In this document: in pieces, positions 8,966-18,379 of the stretch
Numbering within the stretch: position 1 is the first letter of the stretch
How the letters are laid out: each line of letters opens with the position of its first letter
Assembly: GCA_965262055.1 (NCBI GenBank)
Contig: CBDHEI010000002.1
Span: 3,348,347 to 3,412,346, forward strand
Direction: 5' to 3'
Source: Dehalococcoidia bacterium
Lineage (GTDB): Bacteria > Chloroflexota > Dehalococcoidia > Lucifugimonadales > G958296245
DNA: 64,000 nucleotides
Program-made: the position numbers and the translations under genes
Notes under the pieces: model-generated
What the model was told of the DNA's origin: nothing
The model's input: the letters and a program-made list of their open reading frames with translations, nothing else
The model's database searches: none

Positions 8966-10831
8966 CTAGTCCCTTATGTCCCACTGCTCGACGTGGTACT
9001 GCCAGTTGTCGTCGCGTCCCACGTGGACCGGGTAAACCTTGATTTGGGAAAGCTGTAACGGCTTCGGGATCTCTCCGAAATGCGGCATGTAGAAACGCGT
9101 GTTCTTAACCTTGACCCCGGCGCCGGTGTGCAGACCCACCCAGGGAAGGTCCTTGTGGAAGAAATCTTCGACGATCTGCTGCCAGATCATCGCGGCCTCT
9201 TCCCGATCGGTTGCCGAAGCCCCCTTGTTGGTCAGTCCCGCCAAGTCAGCGTTGTAGTAGTAGAACTCACCCTCCTCGATCGGCCTGTTGACGTGTGAGA
9301 GCCACCCGGTCGGGCTGCCGAACGTCCCCCAGCCTGAGTACAGCACCTCAGTCTCGTGGGTGTCGTACCACTTGTTCTGTCCGGCCGCGCCCGGTTCTGT
9401 GTCGTACTCTATCTTGATACCCACGTCCCCAAGCATCTGCTGCATGATCGCAAGACGCGCTCGCCCCTCTTCGTCCCTCGGAGCCCCTGCCTGCACCGTG
9501 ACTACCTGGTTGGGGTCCCAGTTCATCTCCGCGAGCAGCGCTCTCGACTTGTCGGGGTCGTACGGGAACGCATCGTCCCATTCCGACTTCTGGTACCAGC
9601 TGTGTACCAGGGGACTGTTTATTACACTTCCCAGTCCATTCAGGAACTTGTCCAGCAGCAGCTGCCGGTCGAGGGCGTGTACCCAGGCCTGCCGCAGACG
9701 TACGTCCTTCAGATGGTCGTGCCGCTGGTTAAAGCCGAATCCCACCGCGACGGTGCCCGCTGTCGCGTAGACGTCGAACCGGGGGTCCAGGAGCATCGAT
9801 TGCGCGGCGTCGTTCGTGACCCCGCCGCGCACGGTCACGTCAATCTCTCCTCGCTGCATGGCGATCTGGGTCGCGTCTGCCGATGGGATGACGGCCAGGA
9901 TGAGGCGGTCTATCTTCGGCCTCCCGAAGTAGTACTCATCGTTAGCCTCCATCTCCATGTACTGGTCCGGGACCCACTCGACGAACTTGAAAGGTCCACC
10001 GCCCATGAAGCCGCTCGACCAGAAATCGTGCTCGAGGAGCTGGTCGTCCGGTATGTCCTTCAGAATGTGCGCGGGGAGGACCGGCGGCGGCGCCAAGCCA
10101 CAGAGGGCATTGAGCGTGTCCAGGAAGGACACCGTAGGAGTCGACATGTCGAGCGAGAATGTGTTGTCATCTATGACGGTAAAGCCGGATATCTCCTCGG
10201 CAGTGCCTTCGAGGAACTCTTTGGCCCCAGCTACGTCATTGAACATCGCGTGCATCCACCACCCTGCCTCTGGGAGGAGGTACGACTCGAAGGATGCCTT
10301 GACGTCCTCGGCGATAATCGGCATTCCGTCGTTCCACACCGCGTTCTTGCGAAGGTAGAAGGTCCATTTGCTGCCATCGGGGGCGACGTCCCACCTCTCG
10401 GCCAGGTCCGGGACCCACCTCCCGATCGTCGGGTCCGGCTGCGCCAGGCGTGGGAACATGTACCCCATGACCTGCACCACTGCCCCGCTGCCCGTCGTAT
10501 GCGGCGGGAAGCTGGGCGGCATGCTGGACATGCGGATGTTCAAGACCTTCTCCTCGTCGCGCTCAACCTCGACTATCCTCACCACCTCCTTCTCCACCTC
10601 GACTACCTTGACTACCTCTTTCTCCACCACCCTCTCCACCGGCACCTCGACCGTCTTGACCACCTCTTTCTCCACGACGACTGTCTCACCGGGGACCATT
10701 ACTTCCTTGACCACCTCCTTCTCCACCACCACCTCTACCGGTACCTCCTTCACCACCTCTCTGGTACATGCCCAAGAGGCGAGCAGAAGCAGAGCCACAA
10801 CCACTGCGAACAAAGCTCTCATCCTATTCAT
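8966..10831 (-). CDS. ABC transporter substrate-binding lipoprotein, family 5, paralog 2
   Basis: 621-aa ORF. Signal peptide and lipobox (LASWAC), EKEVVKEV-type tether, SBP_bac_5-like body colinear with 2549..4555. Confidence 0.9.
   Translation of the reverse strand: MNRMRALFAVVVALLLLASWACTREVVKEVPVEVVVEKEVVKEVMVPGETVVVEKEVVKTVEVPVERVVEKEVVKVVEVEKEVVRIVEVERDEEKVLNIRMSSMPPSFPPHTTGSGAVVQVMGYMFPRLAQPDPTIGRWVPDLAERWDVAPDGSKWTFYLRKNAVWNDGMPIIAEDVKASFESYLLPEAGWWMHAMFNDVAGAKEFLEGTAEEISGFTVIDDNTFSLDMSTPTVSFLDTLNALCGLAPPPVLPAHILKDIPDDQLLEHDFWSSGFMGGGPFKFVEWVPDQYMEMEANDEYYFGRPKIDRLILAVIPSADATQIAMQRGEIDVTVRGGVTNDAAQSMLLDPRFDVYATAGTVAVGFGFNQRHDHLKDVRLRQAWVHALDRQLLLDKFLNGLGSVINSPLVHSWYQKSEWDDAFPYDPDKSRALLAEMNWDPNQVVTVQAGAPRDEEGRARLAIMQQMLGDVGIKIEYDTEPGAAGQNKWYDTHETEVLYSGWGTFGSPTGWLSHVNRPIEEGEFYYYNADLAGLTNKGASATDREEAAMIWQQIVEDFFHKDLPWVGLHTGAGVKVKNTRFYMPHFGEIPKPLQLSQIKVYPVHVGRDDNWQYHVEQWDIRD
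10549..10762 (-). repeat. In-frame Glu/Val/Lys-rich repeat tether of SBP paralog 2
   Basis: Protein residues ~24-95 read VVKEVPVEVVVEKEVVKEVMVPGETVVVEKEVVKTVEVPVERVVEKEVVKVVEVEKEVVRIVEVE. Confidence 0.8.
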
Positions 10832-10908
10832 AGATCCATCTCCTCCCTATTCTGGAACCAAAGTATCGAAGCCTTCAGGCGCCCCCACGGCTACCTTTCA
10901 TGGCCCGT

Positions 10909-10938
10909 TGAATACCACAACTCGGACCTCGAAGTCAA
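10909..10938 (-). promoter_or_regulatory. Candidate sigma70-type promoter of SBP module 2 (TTGACT-N18-TATTCA)
   Basis: On the minus strand, TTGACT sits at 10938-10933 and TATTCA at 10914-10909. The block cagatac.a.ttcTTGAC.t.gaggtc.gagttgtg is shared with 4665-4700. Confidence 0.35.
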
Positions 10939-11145
10939 GAATTGTATCTGCGCCGCGCCCGAACAAGCAGGGCTTTTGCATTTCGACCTTGACCGGCTCT
11001 GAAACATAGGGCGCCCGTAGGGGAGGAGAGCGCAGGCTGTCCAAAGCTGATTTTGATCATAATGCGATTGCCCTGGACGGGATGACGGAACTGTTCAGAC
11101 TCCGCAAGGTACGAAGGAGGAGTCCAGAGGGGTTCGACCCTTTAG

Positions 11146-12850
11146 CCCGAATCCACCGAAGGACACCGATGGACGGCGTGAGGACAGCGGCAGGGTGGGT
11201 GAGGGAGCTACAGGGGAGATGGCTGGGCTCATTGGGGTAGATTGGAGGTCGGCGAACGGTCTTCAGTCGCCGCCTTGCGCCCCTATGGCCCTCTGCGGGA
11301 GCTGCGATGCGCGGGATGGCGAGAGAATACGCAGCAGGGAACTCTCGCGGGACCGGGGTGGCACGAGTTTTCAGGGAAGTTGGGTCAGTTGCAGGCTGGC
11401 AGTTCAGGCGGGGAGTGGAATGGCTCGCAGCCGGGCCATGGCGCGAGTGAACTGGGTTTCCCAAGTCCAATGCTGGGGAAGATGCAGGGTAAGGCGGCGC
11501 GCCGAGCGGGTGATCCGTCCCACCAGAGCGAAGACCCGCCGCCTGAGGGTCTTGGTGGTCACGGTCCGTTCGGCCAGACCGATGCGCGCTGTCCAGCGGG
11601 CGAGGTTGTGTGCCATCACCTGCACCGCCAGCCAGGCGCCGTTGGCGGCGAAGCGCCCCGAGGGGAGATGGTTGAGTCCGACGCCGTGTTTCAGGTCTCG
11701 AATGGCGTTCTCGATCTCGGCGTGGCGGCGATGATCGGCCTCCAGTTCCAGGGTTTCCCCGTCCCGGTCGGTGATGAAGCCGTGATAGCTGTAGGTGGCG
11801 AAGAGGGCCAACTGGGAACCGGGCGTGGGCTTCACCCGCCGGACGATGAGCCGCACCGGCGCGGCGTCGGGTTCACTCTGGAAGGGGGTATAGGTGGTCT
11901 CGGCCACATCGGCGGCGCCGTCCATCCAGTAGGGAATCGGCGTCCAGTCCTGCTCGGGGATCGCCTCAATCAACTCCCGCAGGCCTTTGTGCTGGCGGAT
12001 GGTGATGGAGAAGCGGACACTCATCTCGCGGCAGACGGCGACGAGAGCGTGGGCGTAGAAGCCGCTGTCGGCGCGCACCGTGAGTTGGCCGCTGGCCCTA
12101 CCGTAGCGCACCCGCCCCACCGTTTCACGCAGGAAGTGGGCAGCGCCGCGAGCGGTGTTGGCACGGCCCTCGCGCAGCCGGGACATCAGCACATCGCCGG
12201 TTCCGGCGGCGATGGCCAGCAGTGGGTGATAGCCCCGCACGCCGGTGTAGTTGTGGTGTCGCGCCCCTTCTTTGTCCAGTCCATAGGTCTCGCAGATGGT
12301 GGAGTCCAGGTCGATGGTAAGGGGCGAGTCGCCGGGTCCGGCCCCAGCGGCCCATGCGCGTGCCAGCAACTGGCGGCTCACCCGGTCGAGTTGACGGACA
12401 TGCCCCCACCGGAAGCTGCGCAGGAAGGTGCCCAGGGTGGATGGCGCCTTGACCACGCAGCCGAGAACACCGACCGTCCCACCAGCACGCAGCGCATCGG
12501 CGTCGTCGATGAAGTCGCCGCCCGCCAGCGCGGAAGCGACCAGCGTCAGCAGTTTGTCCCCCGTGTTCGCCCGCCCCGATGCGCAGCCTAGGTCGAGGTG
12601 ATGGTCGACGAGTTCCCGCAGGCCCAGGTGCTGTGCAAGGGTGGCCGGCAGGAGCAGGCCGGCATTGGCCACCAGGCGGTGGTCGTCAAAGACGACGCCG
12701 ATACGGTCGGGATTGTTCTGTGGCAGCATCTACTGGGTGCTCCTTGTTTCCGGGCGGTTTTCTGTTTCAAAACCATTCTCCCAGATTCAGAGGAGCACCC
12801 TCTGGCTTCTTCAAGGACTGTCCCCAAAGTCGTCTTTCGGTGGATTCGGG
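11146..12850 (-). mobile_element. IS1380-family insertion sequence, apparently intact (1705 bp)
   Basis: Terminal inverted repeats: cccgaatccaccgaaggac (11146-11164) against the reverse complement of gtctttcggtggattcggg (12832-12850), 18/19 match. Flanking 5-bp direct repeat TTTAG at 11141-11145 and 12851-12855. A single transposase ORF lies inside. Confidence 0.85.
11404..12729 (-). CDS. IS1380-family (DDE) transposase
   Basis: 441-aa ORF. The N-terminus ...VVFDDHRLVANAGLLLPATLAQHLGLRELVD and overall length are typical of IS1380-family transposases. The overlapping plus-strand 449-aa ORF is judged spurious. Confidence 0.9.
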   Translation of the reverse strand: MLPQNNPDRIGVVFDDHRLVANAGLLLPATLAQHLGLRELVDHHLDLGCASGRANTGDKLLTLVASALAGGDFIDDADALRAGGTVGVLGCVVKAPSTLGTFLRSFRWGHVRQLDRVSRQLLARAWAAGAGPGDSPLTIDLDSTICETYGLDKEGARHHNYTGVRGYHPLLAIAAGTGDVLMSRLREGRANTARGAAHFLRETVGRVRYGRASGQLTVRADSGFYAHALVAVCREMSVRFSITIRQHKGLRELIEAIPEQDWTPIPYWMDGAADVAETTYTPFQSEPDAAPVRLIVRRVKPTPGSQLALFATYSYHGFITDRDGETLELEADHRRHAEIENAIRDLKHGVGLNHLPSGRFAANGAWLAVQVMAHNLARWTARIGLAERTVTTKTLRRRVFALVGRITRSARRLTLHLPQHWTWETQFTRAMARLRAIPLPA

Positions 12851-12988
12851 TTTAGGCAGGGGCCCTGGGGGCTCTGCCCCAGCTTCCAAAGGGCGGGCGG
12901 GTGGGGATCAAGACATCTGTCTTATAGGGGATTATGCCAGTGGAGAAGACACCAGCAAGTCTGAACAGCTACGGGATGACAGTCGCCA

Positions 12989-13018
12989 TTGACACCTAGG
13001 GAACGTATGTGCTAGCCT
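12989..13018 (+). promoter_or_regulatory. Promoter-like box TTGACA-N18-TAGCCT (start of composite element A)
   Basis: TTGACA at 12989-12994 and TAGCCT at 13013-13018. The block gaa.gt.tgtgcTA...Tctc..tgt resembles the strong promoter at 22803-22831. A second TTGACC-N18-TAGCCT lies at 13440-13469, just upstream of guaA. Confidence 0.3.
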
Positions 13019-13232
13019 CTCCTGTACAGGTGTCCCCTGCTGGACACCCCCAAAGACCGAGGAGACCACATGACGAGAGCGCTGACGACACGGGCCGGCC
13101 CCCGGCGGGCCCTCCCTCCTCCTCATCCCCACGCCGTAGGGGCGGGTTTCAAACCCGCCTTCCCTGTGGCTTGTGGCCTAGAGACGTCCCCGCCCGCCCC
13201 GCGAAGAGCCTGTCCTGAGCTTGCCGAAGGAG

Positions 13233-13356
13233 TGTCTCATTCTGTCTCGTTAATATCTCATTCCGCCTCGCTGGTTTCTCATTCTGCCTCGCTCGTGCCA
13301 CCCACTGTCTCGCATGCCAAAGCTGAATGAGACACAATGTGACAGAATGAGACACA
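13233..13356. repeat. Opposed arrays of helically phased short repeats (element A): 6 x [TC]CTC-type units, then 3 x G[AT]GACA units
   Basis: Left-arm units start at 13233, 13243, 13254, 13264, 13275 and 13285 (10-11 bp spacing). This includes the 15-mer TCTCATTC[TC]G[TC]CTCG three times at a 21-bp period (13235, 13256, 13277). Right arm: GAGACA/GTGACA/GAGACA at 13329, 13339, 13349. tgtctcattc (13233) is the inverted copy of gaatgagaca (13325, 13345). Confidence 0.6.
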
Positions 13357-13488
13357 TTTAGGGGTTTCCCTCTCTCGTTGAACAGGATGCGACTGCCCTG
13401 GGATGACGACATTCCAGGCCCCCGAACAAGTACCCCAACTTGACCATGCAGCCGTGCCGGTGCTAGCCTTGGGAACCCTCCACCGCCA

Positions 13489-15159
13489 ATGACTCAGCCC
13501 CCCTCTACTACTCCCAGCCGCAGGGTAGCCGCCAGCGATGACCTGGAGGTTTCCGCCTACTTGGAAATCGCCCAGCAGAAGCGCGGCCGCGAGTCTGCAC
13601 CCGACCGGCCGGCGGAGCCTCAGCGCGAGGCTATCCTCATCATCGACTTCGGCTCGCAGTACAGCCGCCTGATCGCCAGGCGAGTTAGGGAGTCGAAGGT
13701 ATACTGCGAGATCATCGAGCACGACGCGGCTTGGGAGTCGGTCGAGCACCTCAACCCACGCGGCGTAATACTCTCGGGGGGACCAGCCAGCGTCTACGAG
13801 CCGGGTGCGCCCACTGCCCCGCCTTGGGTCTACGACAAGGGCCTCCCTGTCCTGGGCATCTGCTACGGCATGCAGGTGCTCGTGCATCAGCTCGGAGGCG
13901 AGGTAGCCGCCAGCGCCAAGCGCGAGTACGGACACGCAGTGCTTCACCAGAATCAGGCGGACGACCCGCTGTTCACAGGACTGCCAGCCTCGATGCCGGT
14001 CTGGATGAGCCACGGTGACCGGATCATATCGCCGCCCCCCGGATTTGAGACCCTCGCCTACACGGAGAACTCTCCCGTCGCGGCTATCGGCAACCGCGAG
14101 GGCATCGTCGGCATCCAGTTCCACCCCGAAGTCGTCCACACGCCAGACGGCAAGGCCCTGCTGGACAACTTCGTCCATTCCGTGTGTGGGTGCCGGGCGC
14201 TGTGGACCCCCGCCAACTTCGTGGCCGACGCCGTGGAGGACATCAGGGCCAGGGTGGGAGATGGCAAGGTCATCTGCGCCCTGTCCGGGGGCGTGGACTC
14301 CGCGGTCGCGGCCACCTTGATCCACAAAGCCGTCGGCGACCAGCTCACGTGCATCTTCGTCAACAACGGCCTGCTTCGCCGCGAGGAGCCCGAGCGCGTC
14401 CTCGACACCTTCGAGAAGCACCTTTGCATCCCTCTTGTCTACGCCGACGCCTCCGACCAGTTCCTCGACGCCCTCAGCGAGGTCATAGACCCCGAGGAGA
14501 AGCGCCGTGTCATCGGCGAGGAGTTCATCCGCGTCTTCGAGCGCGAAGCATCCCGCCTCGGGGCCGTCGACTTCCTGGCGCAGGGCACCCTCTACCCCGA
14601 CATCATCGAGAGCAAGACCCCTGAGAACAAGGTCTCCGCCAAGATCAAGACACACCACAACGTGGGTGGCCTGCCCAGCAGGATGAGGCTGAAGCTGATA
14701 GAGCCCCTACGGTACCTCTTCAAAGACGAGGTGCGCGAGGTCGGGCTTGAGCTCGGACTTGCCGAAGAGGTCGTCTACCGGCAGCCCTTCCCAGGCCCGG
14801 GCCTGGCGATCCGGGTCATGGGTGAAGTGACAAGAGACAAGTTGGAGATGCTGCGGGCCGCGGACTGGGTCGTAATGGACGAGATCAAGGGCAACGACCT
14901 ATACCGCCACCTGTGGCAGAGCTTCGCCGTCCTGACCAACACGCAGACCGTGGGCGTAACGGGCGACTACCGTACATATGGACACGTCGTCGCCGTCCGG
15001 GCCGTCACGAGCACCGAGGCAATGACCGCCGACTGGGCCAGACTCCCCTACCAGGTGCTCGCCCGGATCTCAAACCGCATCGCCAACGAGGTCCCCGGCG
15101 TCAACAGGGTCGTTTTCGACATAACGAGCAAGCCGCCCGGCACCATAGAATGGGAGTAG
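13489..15159 (+). CDS. guaA: GMP synthase (glutamine-hydrolysing)
   Basis: 556-aa ORF. GATase domain ([27 protein letters not shown]), ATP-PPase motif SGGVDS, and canonical C-terminus KPPGTIEWE. The ~45-aa N-terminal extension may mean the true start is an alternative codon downstream. Confidence 0.95.
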   Translation: MTQPPSTTPSRRVAASDDLEVSAYLEIAQQKRGRESAPDRPAEPQREAILIIDFGSQYSRLIARRVRESKVYCEIIEHDAAWESVEHLNPRGVILSGGPASVYEPGAPTAPPWVYDKGLPVLGICYGMQVLVHQLGGEVAASAKREYGHAVLHQNQADDPLFTGLPASMPVWMSHGDRIISPPPGFETLAYTENSPVAAIGNREGIVGIQFHPEVVHTPDGKALLDNFVHSVCGCRALWTPANFVADAVEDIRARVGDGKVICALSGGVDSAVAATLIHKAVGDQLTCIFVNNGLLRREEPERVLDTFEKHLCIPLVYADASDQFLDALSEVIDPEEKRRVIGEEFIRVFEREASRLGAVDFLAQGTLYPDIIESKTPENKVSAKIKTHHNVGGLPSRMRLKLIEPLRYLFKDEVREVGLELGLAEEVVYRQPFPGPGLAIRVMGEVTRDKLEMLRAADWVVMDEIKGNDLYRHLWQSFAVLTNTQTVGVTGDYRTYGHVVAVRAVTSTEAMTADWARLPYQVLARISNRIANEVPGVNRVVFDITSKPPGTIEWE

Positions 15160-15256
15160 GTGCCCGCGCGCGGGCACCATCGCTGGTCCTCTTACTAGGA
15201 CACTGTCAGGGATCGGGGCGAAGGAAGACGGACATTATTCAAGATATTGGCGTTAG

Positions 15257-16570
15257 ATGAGAGTGCTCGTGGTTGGCGGCGGGGGCAGGGAGCACGCCGT
15301 CGCGTGGAAGCTCAGCCAGAGCCCGCGCGTGACGGAGCTGCTTGTCGCGCCCGGTAACGCGGGTACGGCGCAAGTCGCCGAGAACGTCGCCGTCGCCGCT
15401 GAGGACGTTGACGCCCTTCTGCGTCTAGCCCGAGAACGGGCCGTCGACCTTACAGTGGTGGGCCCCGAAGTGTCCCTTGCCGCCGGCATCGCTGACAGGT
15501 TCGCGGAGGCCGGTCTGTTGCTGTTTGGCCCCACGCAGGCTGCGGCGCGCATCGAGACCAGCAAGGCATTCGCCAAGGAGCTGATGCTCCGCCACGGTGT
15601 ACCCACTGCCGGCGCGGCCGTTTTCGACGACTACAACAAAGCGCGGAGATATGTGGAAGGCTCACCCCTGCCCGTCGTGATCAAGGCCGACGGTCTGGCG
15701 GCCGGCAAGGGCGTCGTGGTAGCGAGGACGAAAGAGGACGCCCTTGAAGCCCTGCGCCTGCAGATGGTGGAGAGGCAGTTCGGGGCCTCTGGGGAGCGGG
15801 TACTCGTCGAGGAGTGTCTCGAGGGTGAAGAGATCAGTGTCTTCGCGTTCGTGGATGGGCGCAGCGTATCTTCGCTAGTTGCTGCCTGCGACTACAAGCG
15901 CCAGGGGGACGGCAACACCGGTCCCAACACCGGCGGAGTCGGGGCCTACTCCCCCCCCCCGTGCCACCTGTGGAACGACGACATCGACCGCCAAGTGCGC
16001 GACCGGATCATCGAGCCGGTCGTCCACGCCCTCTCGGAGGAAGAGACGCCTTACGTCGGCGCCCTCTACGCCGGCCTCATGCATACCGCCACGGGGCCCC
16101 AGGTGATCGAGTTCAACTGCCGGTTGGGCGACCCTGAGACCCAGGTGCTGCTCCCCAGATTGAAAACCGACTTGGCCGACGTTATGATTGCTGCGGCTCG
16201 TGGCGACCTGTCCGCTGTGAAGCTGGACTGGGAACCTCAACCTTGCGTGGGTGTGGTGTTGACCTCTGAAGGGTACCCAGGCACATACGAGACTGGCTTC
16301 GAGATCGACGGCCTTGACGTGGAGCAGCCGGACACGGTGCTGTTCCACGCCGGGACGCGCCTTGACGGCCCCAGCGGGCGGGTTGTGACGGACGGAGGAC
16401 GCGTCCTTATGGCTGTGGGACAGGCCCCAACCTTGGGCGAGGCCAGGAAAGTTGCATATGACCGCGTGGCTACCGTCAGCTATGAAGGTGCTTTCTGGAG
16501 AACGGACATAGCGTCGCCCCCAAAACGCGGGGCCCCGCTACGAGAATACGGAGGCGTATCCCTTAGATGA
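15257..16570 (+). CDS. purD: Phosphoribosylamine-glycine ligase
   Basis: 437-aa ORF. MRVLVVGGGGREHAVAWKL N-terminus and ATP-grasp body typical of PurD. Confidence 0.95.
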   Translation: MRVLVVGGGGREHAVAWKLSQSPRVTELLVAPGNAGTAQVAENVAVAAEDVDALLRLARERAVDLTVVGPEVSLAAGIADRFAEAGLLLFGPTQAAARIETSKAFAKELMLRHGVPTAGAAVFDDYNKARRYVEGSPLPVVIKADGLAAGKGVVVARTKEDALEALRLQMVERQFGASGERVLVEECLEGEEISVFAFVDGRSVSSLVAACDYKRQGDGNTGPNTGGVGAYSPPPCHLWNDDIDRQVRDRIIEPVVHALSEEETPYVGALYAGLMHTATGPQVIEFNCRLGDPETQVLLPRLKTDLADVMIAAARGDLSAVKLDWEPQPCVGVVLTSEGYPGTYETGFEIDGLDVEQPDTVLFHAGTRLDGPSGRVVTDGGRVLMAVGQAPTLGEARKVAYDRVATVSYEGAFWRTDIASPPKRGAPLREYGGVSLR

Positions 16571-17304
16571 CCACCTACCGTCCGGTACGTATCCTCGTTG
16601 CGCTCGCCGCCGTGGCTGCCGTACTTGCGGCGCTGGCCGCCTGCGGAGGAGGGACCGAGCCCGCCCCGGAGAGCATTCCCACCCCCGCCGACACCGGCCC
16701 AGCACCGACCACAACGCCCCCGGTGCCCGCAACCGTCTCGCCCCCTCCCTCCACAGGGGAGACCATAATCCAGATCGCTGAAGGCTCTCTCGCCCGCTAC
16801 CGCGTGAACGAGACCCTTGCGCGAATGAATACTCCTCAGGACGCCGTCGGCGAGACCGCGGACGTAAGCGGCGTCATCCATTTCGGCGCCGACGGCGTGG
16901 TGTTCGCCGACCAGTCGCGCATCACCGTCGATCTGCGCACGCTCGAGAGCGATTCCGACCGCCGCGACAACTACGTTCGAACCAACACCTTCGAGACGAG
17001 CCAGCACCCTAACGCCGACTTCGTGCCCAAGGAGACGGAGGGGCTGCCATGGCCCCTGCCCAGCTCCGGCGAGGTTACCTTCAAGCTAAAGGGCGACATG
17101 ACCCTCCACGGTGTGACCTCCCCACTGACTTGGGACGTGACCGCCCAGTTCGGCGAGGAAAAAGCCACCTGCCAGGCATCCACCTCCTTCACCTTCGATA
17201 CCTTCGATCTCGACGTACCCAAGCTCGCATTCATCCTGAGCGTAGAGGACAATATCCGCGTGGAGCTCGACTTCACGGCGTCGGTCTCGACCGGGGGCCG
17301 GTAG
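16567..17304 (+). CDS. YceI-like domain lipoprotein
   Basis: 245-aa ORF. Lipobox LAAC, a Pro/Thr-rich linker, then a YceI-like pattern (RDNYVRTNTFETSQHPNADF...MTLHGVTSPL). ATGA start/stop overlap with purD. Confidence 0.8.
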   Translation: MTTYRPVRILVALAAVAAVLAALAACGGGTEPAPESIPTPADTGPAPTTTPPVPATVSPPPSTGETIIQIAEGSLARYRVNETLARMNTPQDAVGETADVSGVIHFGADGVVFADQSRITVDLRTLESDSDRRDNYVRTNTFETSQHPNADFVPKETEGLPWPLPSSGEVTFKLKGDMTLHGVTSPLTWDVTAQFGEEKATCQASTSFTFDTFDLDVPKLAFILSVEDNIRVELDFTASVSTGGR

Positions 17305-17321
17305 GCAACGGAGACTTAGCG

Positions 17322-18314
17322 ATGGCGAAAATGAAGCGAGTGGTCAAGCTGGAGGGCTTCGGCAACGTCCGGATGATGGACGACGATATACCGGAGCCGG
17401 ACGACCAAAAGGCGCAGGTCAAGGTCAGGAGGAGTCTGATCAGCCGGGGCTCTGAGCTGTTCAGGCGGTACGTCCTGGAGGAGGCTGTGCCCGCCGAGAT
17501 GATGGGCTACTCCGCCACCGGCGACGTCACCAAGCTGGGCGTCGGCGTCGAGGGCGTAGCCGTGGGCCAGAAGGTCAAAGCGGTCGGCCCCCACGCCCAG
17601 TACGTCACGGCGTCGCCTACCGCCGATGTCAAGGACGTGGCCCCGCTGCCCGAGGGAATGAGCTACGAGAATGGCACATTCCTCCACCTGGCGACCAGCG
17701 CGGTCATGTGGGCGCGCACCACCCCGGTCGAGCCGGGAGACACCGTCGTGGTCGTGGGACAGGGCATCATAGGCCTGCTCTACTCGCAGGCCGTGCGGGA
17801 GCGCCGGCCCGGCAGGGTGATCACCATAGACGCCGAGGACTTCAGGTGCGGGGTGTCCTGCCAAGTTGGGGCTGACGAGACGATTAACGCCGCCAAGGAG
17901 GACCCGGTCGCGGCCGTAATGGACAGGACCGGCGGCGAGGGCGCGGACGTCGTCGTCGATTGCGTAGGCGGACCGGCTGGCGTTAAGTCCTTCGAGCAGT
18001 CCCTCGCCATGACCCGCCGCGACGGCGTAATACACCTCATCGCCAAGTACCAGCCCGGCCCTCTGGAGGGCTACGGTTCGGTCCCTATGGGCTCGAGTGA
18101 CCTCCAAAGGAAGATGCTCGTATCAGGCATCCGCATAGAAGGAAGCCGGTCGGAGCACCAGAAGGAGGCCGGGGAGATGATGATGTCCGGCCGCATCGAC
18201 GTCGAGCCACTGATAACGCACAGAATGCCGTGGCGGCAGACGCCAGAGGCCTACCACCTGCTCTACAACAGCCCCGAGAGCGCCCTAGCCGTCATAATCG
18301 ACTGGGATCGCTAG
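17322..18314 (+). CDS. Zinc-type medium-chain alcohol/polyol dehydrogenase-like oxidoreductase
   Basis: I chose the internal start MAKMKRVVKLEG at 17322, because the 17049 ORF start would overlap the YceI gene. Rossmann motif VVVVGQGIIG and MDR-like length (330 aa). Confidence 0.8.
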   Translation: MAKMKRVVKLEGFGNVRMMDDDIPEPDDQKAQVKVRRSLISRGSELFRRYVLEEAVPAEMMGYSATGDVTKLGVGVEGVAVGQKVKAVGPHAQYVTASPTADVKDVAPLPEGMSYENGTFLHLATSAVMWARTTPVEPGDTVVVVGQGIIGLLYSQAVRERRPGRVITIDAEDFRCGVSCQVGADETINAAKEDPVAAVMDRTGGEGADVVVDCVGGPAGVKSFEQSLAMTRRDGVIHLIAKYQPGPLEGYGSVPMGSSDLQRKMLVSGIRIEGSRSEHQKEAGEMMMSGRIDVEPLITHRMPWRQTPEAYHLLYNSPESALAVIIDWDR

Positions 18315-18379
18315 ACTGAGGGACTCGTTTAGGCGTCGCTTGTGGGCGCCTACGCCAAACCCAATATAAGGAGACCACA

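Noticed and set aside
9356-11002. 548-aa plus-strand ORF (and the similar 10368..11009).
   Set aside because: It is antisense to the family-5 SBP gene 8966..10831. His/Leu/Arg-rich repeats mirror the EKEVV repeat on the other strand. It has no recognisable family.
11120-11145. tRNA-like T-loop sequence (ggggttcgaccc) next to the IS insertion site; I considered a tRNA gene as the IS or island target.
   Set aside because: The flanking bases cannot form a 5-bp T-stem, acceptor stem or anticodon arm, whether or not the IS is conceptually removed.
11242-12591. 449-aa plus-strand ORF inside the IS element.
   Set aside because: It lies opposite the IS1380-type transposase, which has the family-typical N-terminus and length. 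The plus-strand product is low-complexity.
13141-13159. The perfect palindrome GGCGGGTTTcAAACCCGCC, considered as a stand-alone intrinsic terminator or REP element.
   Set aside because: It is followed only by TT, so it is a weak terminator by itself, and only one copy lies in the window. I kept it as part of composite element A rather than as an independent feature.
13279-14658. 459-aa minus-strand ORF.
   Set aside because: It lies entirely antisense to guaA, whose identity is unambiguous. Its Arg/Gly/Val-rich, low-information translation is typical of shadow ORFs in high-GC DNA.
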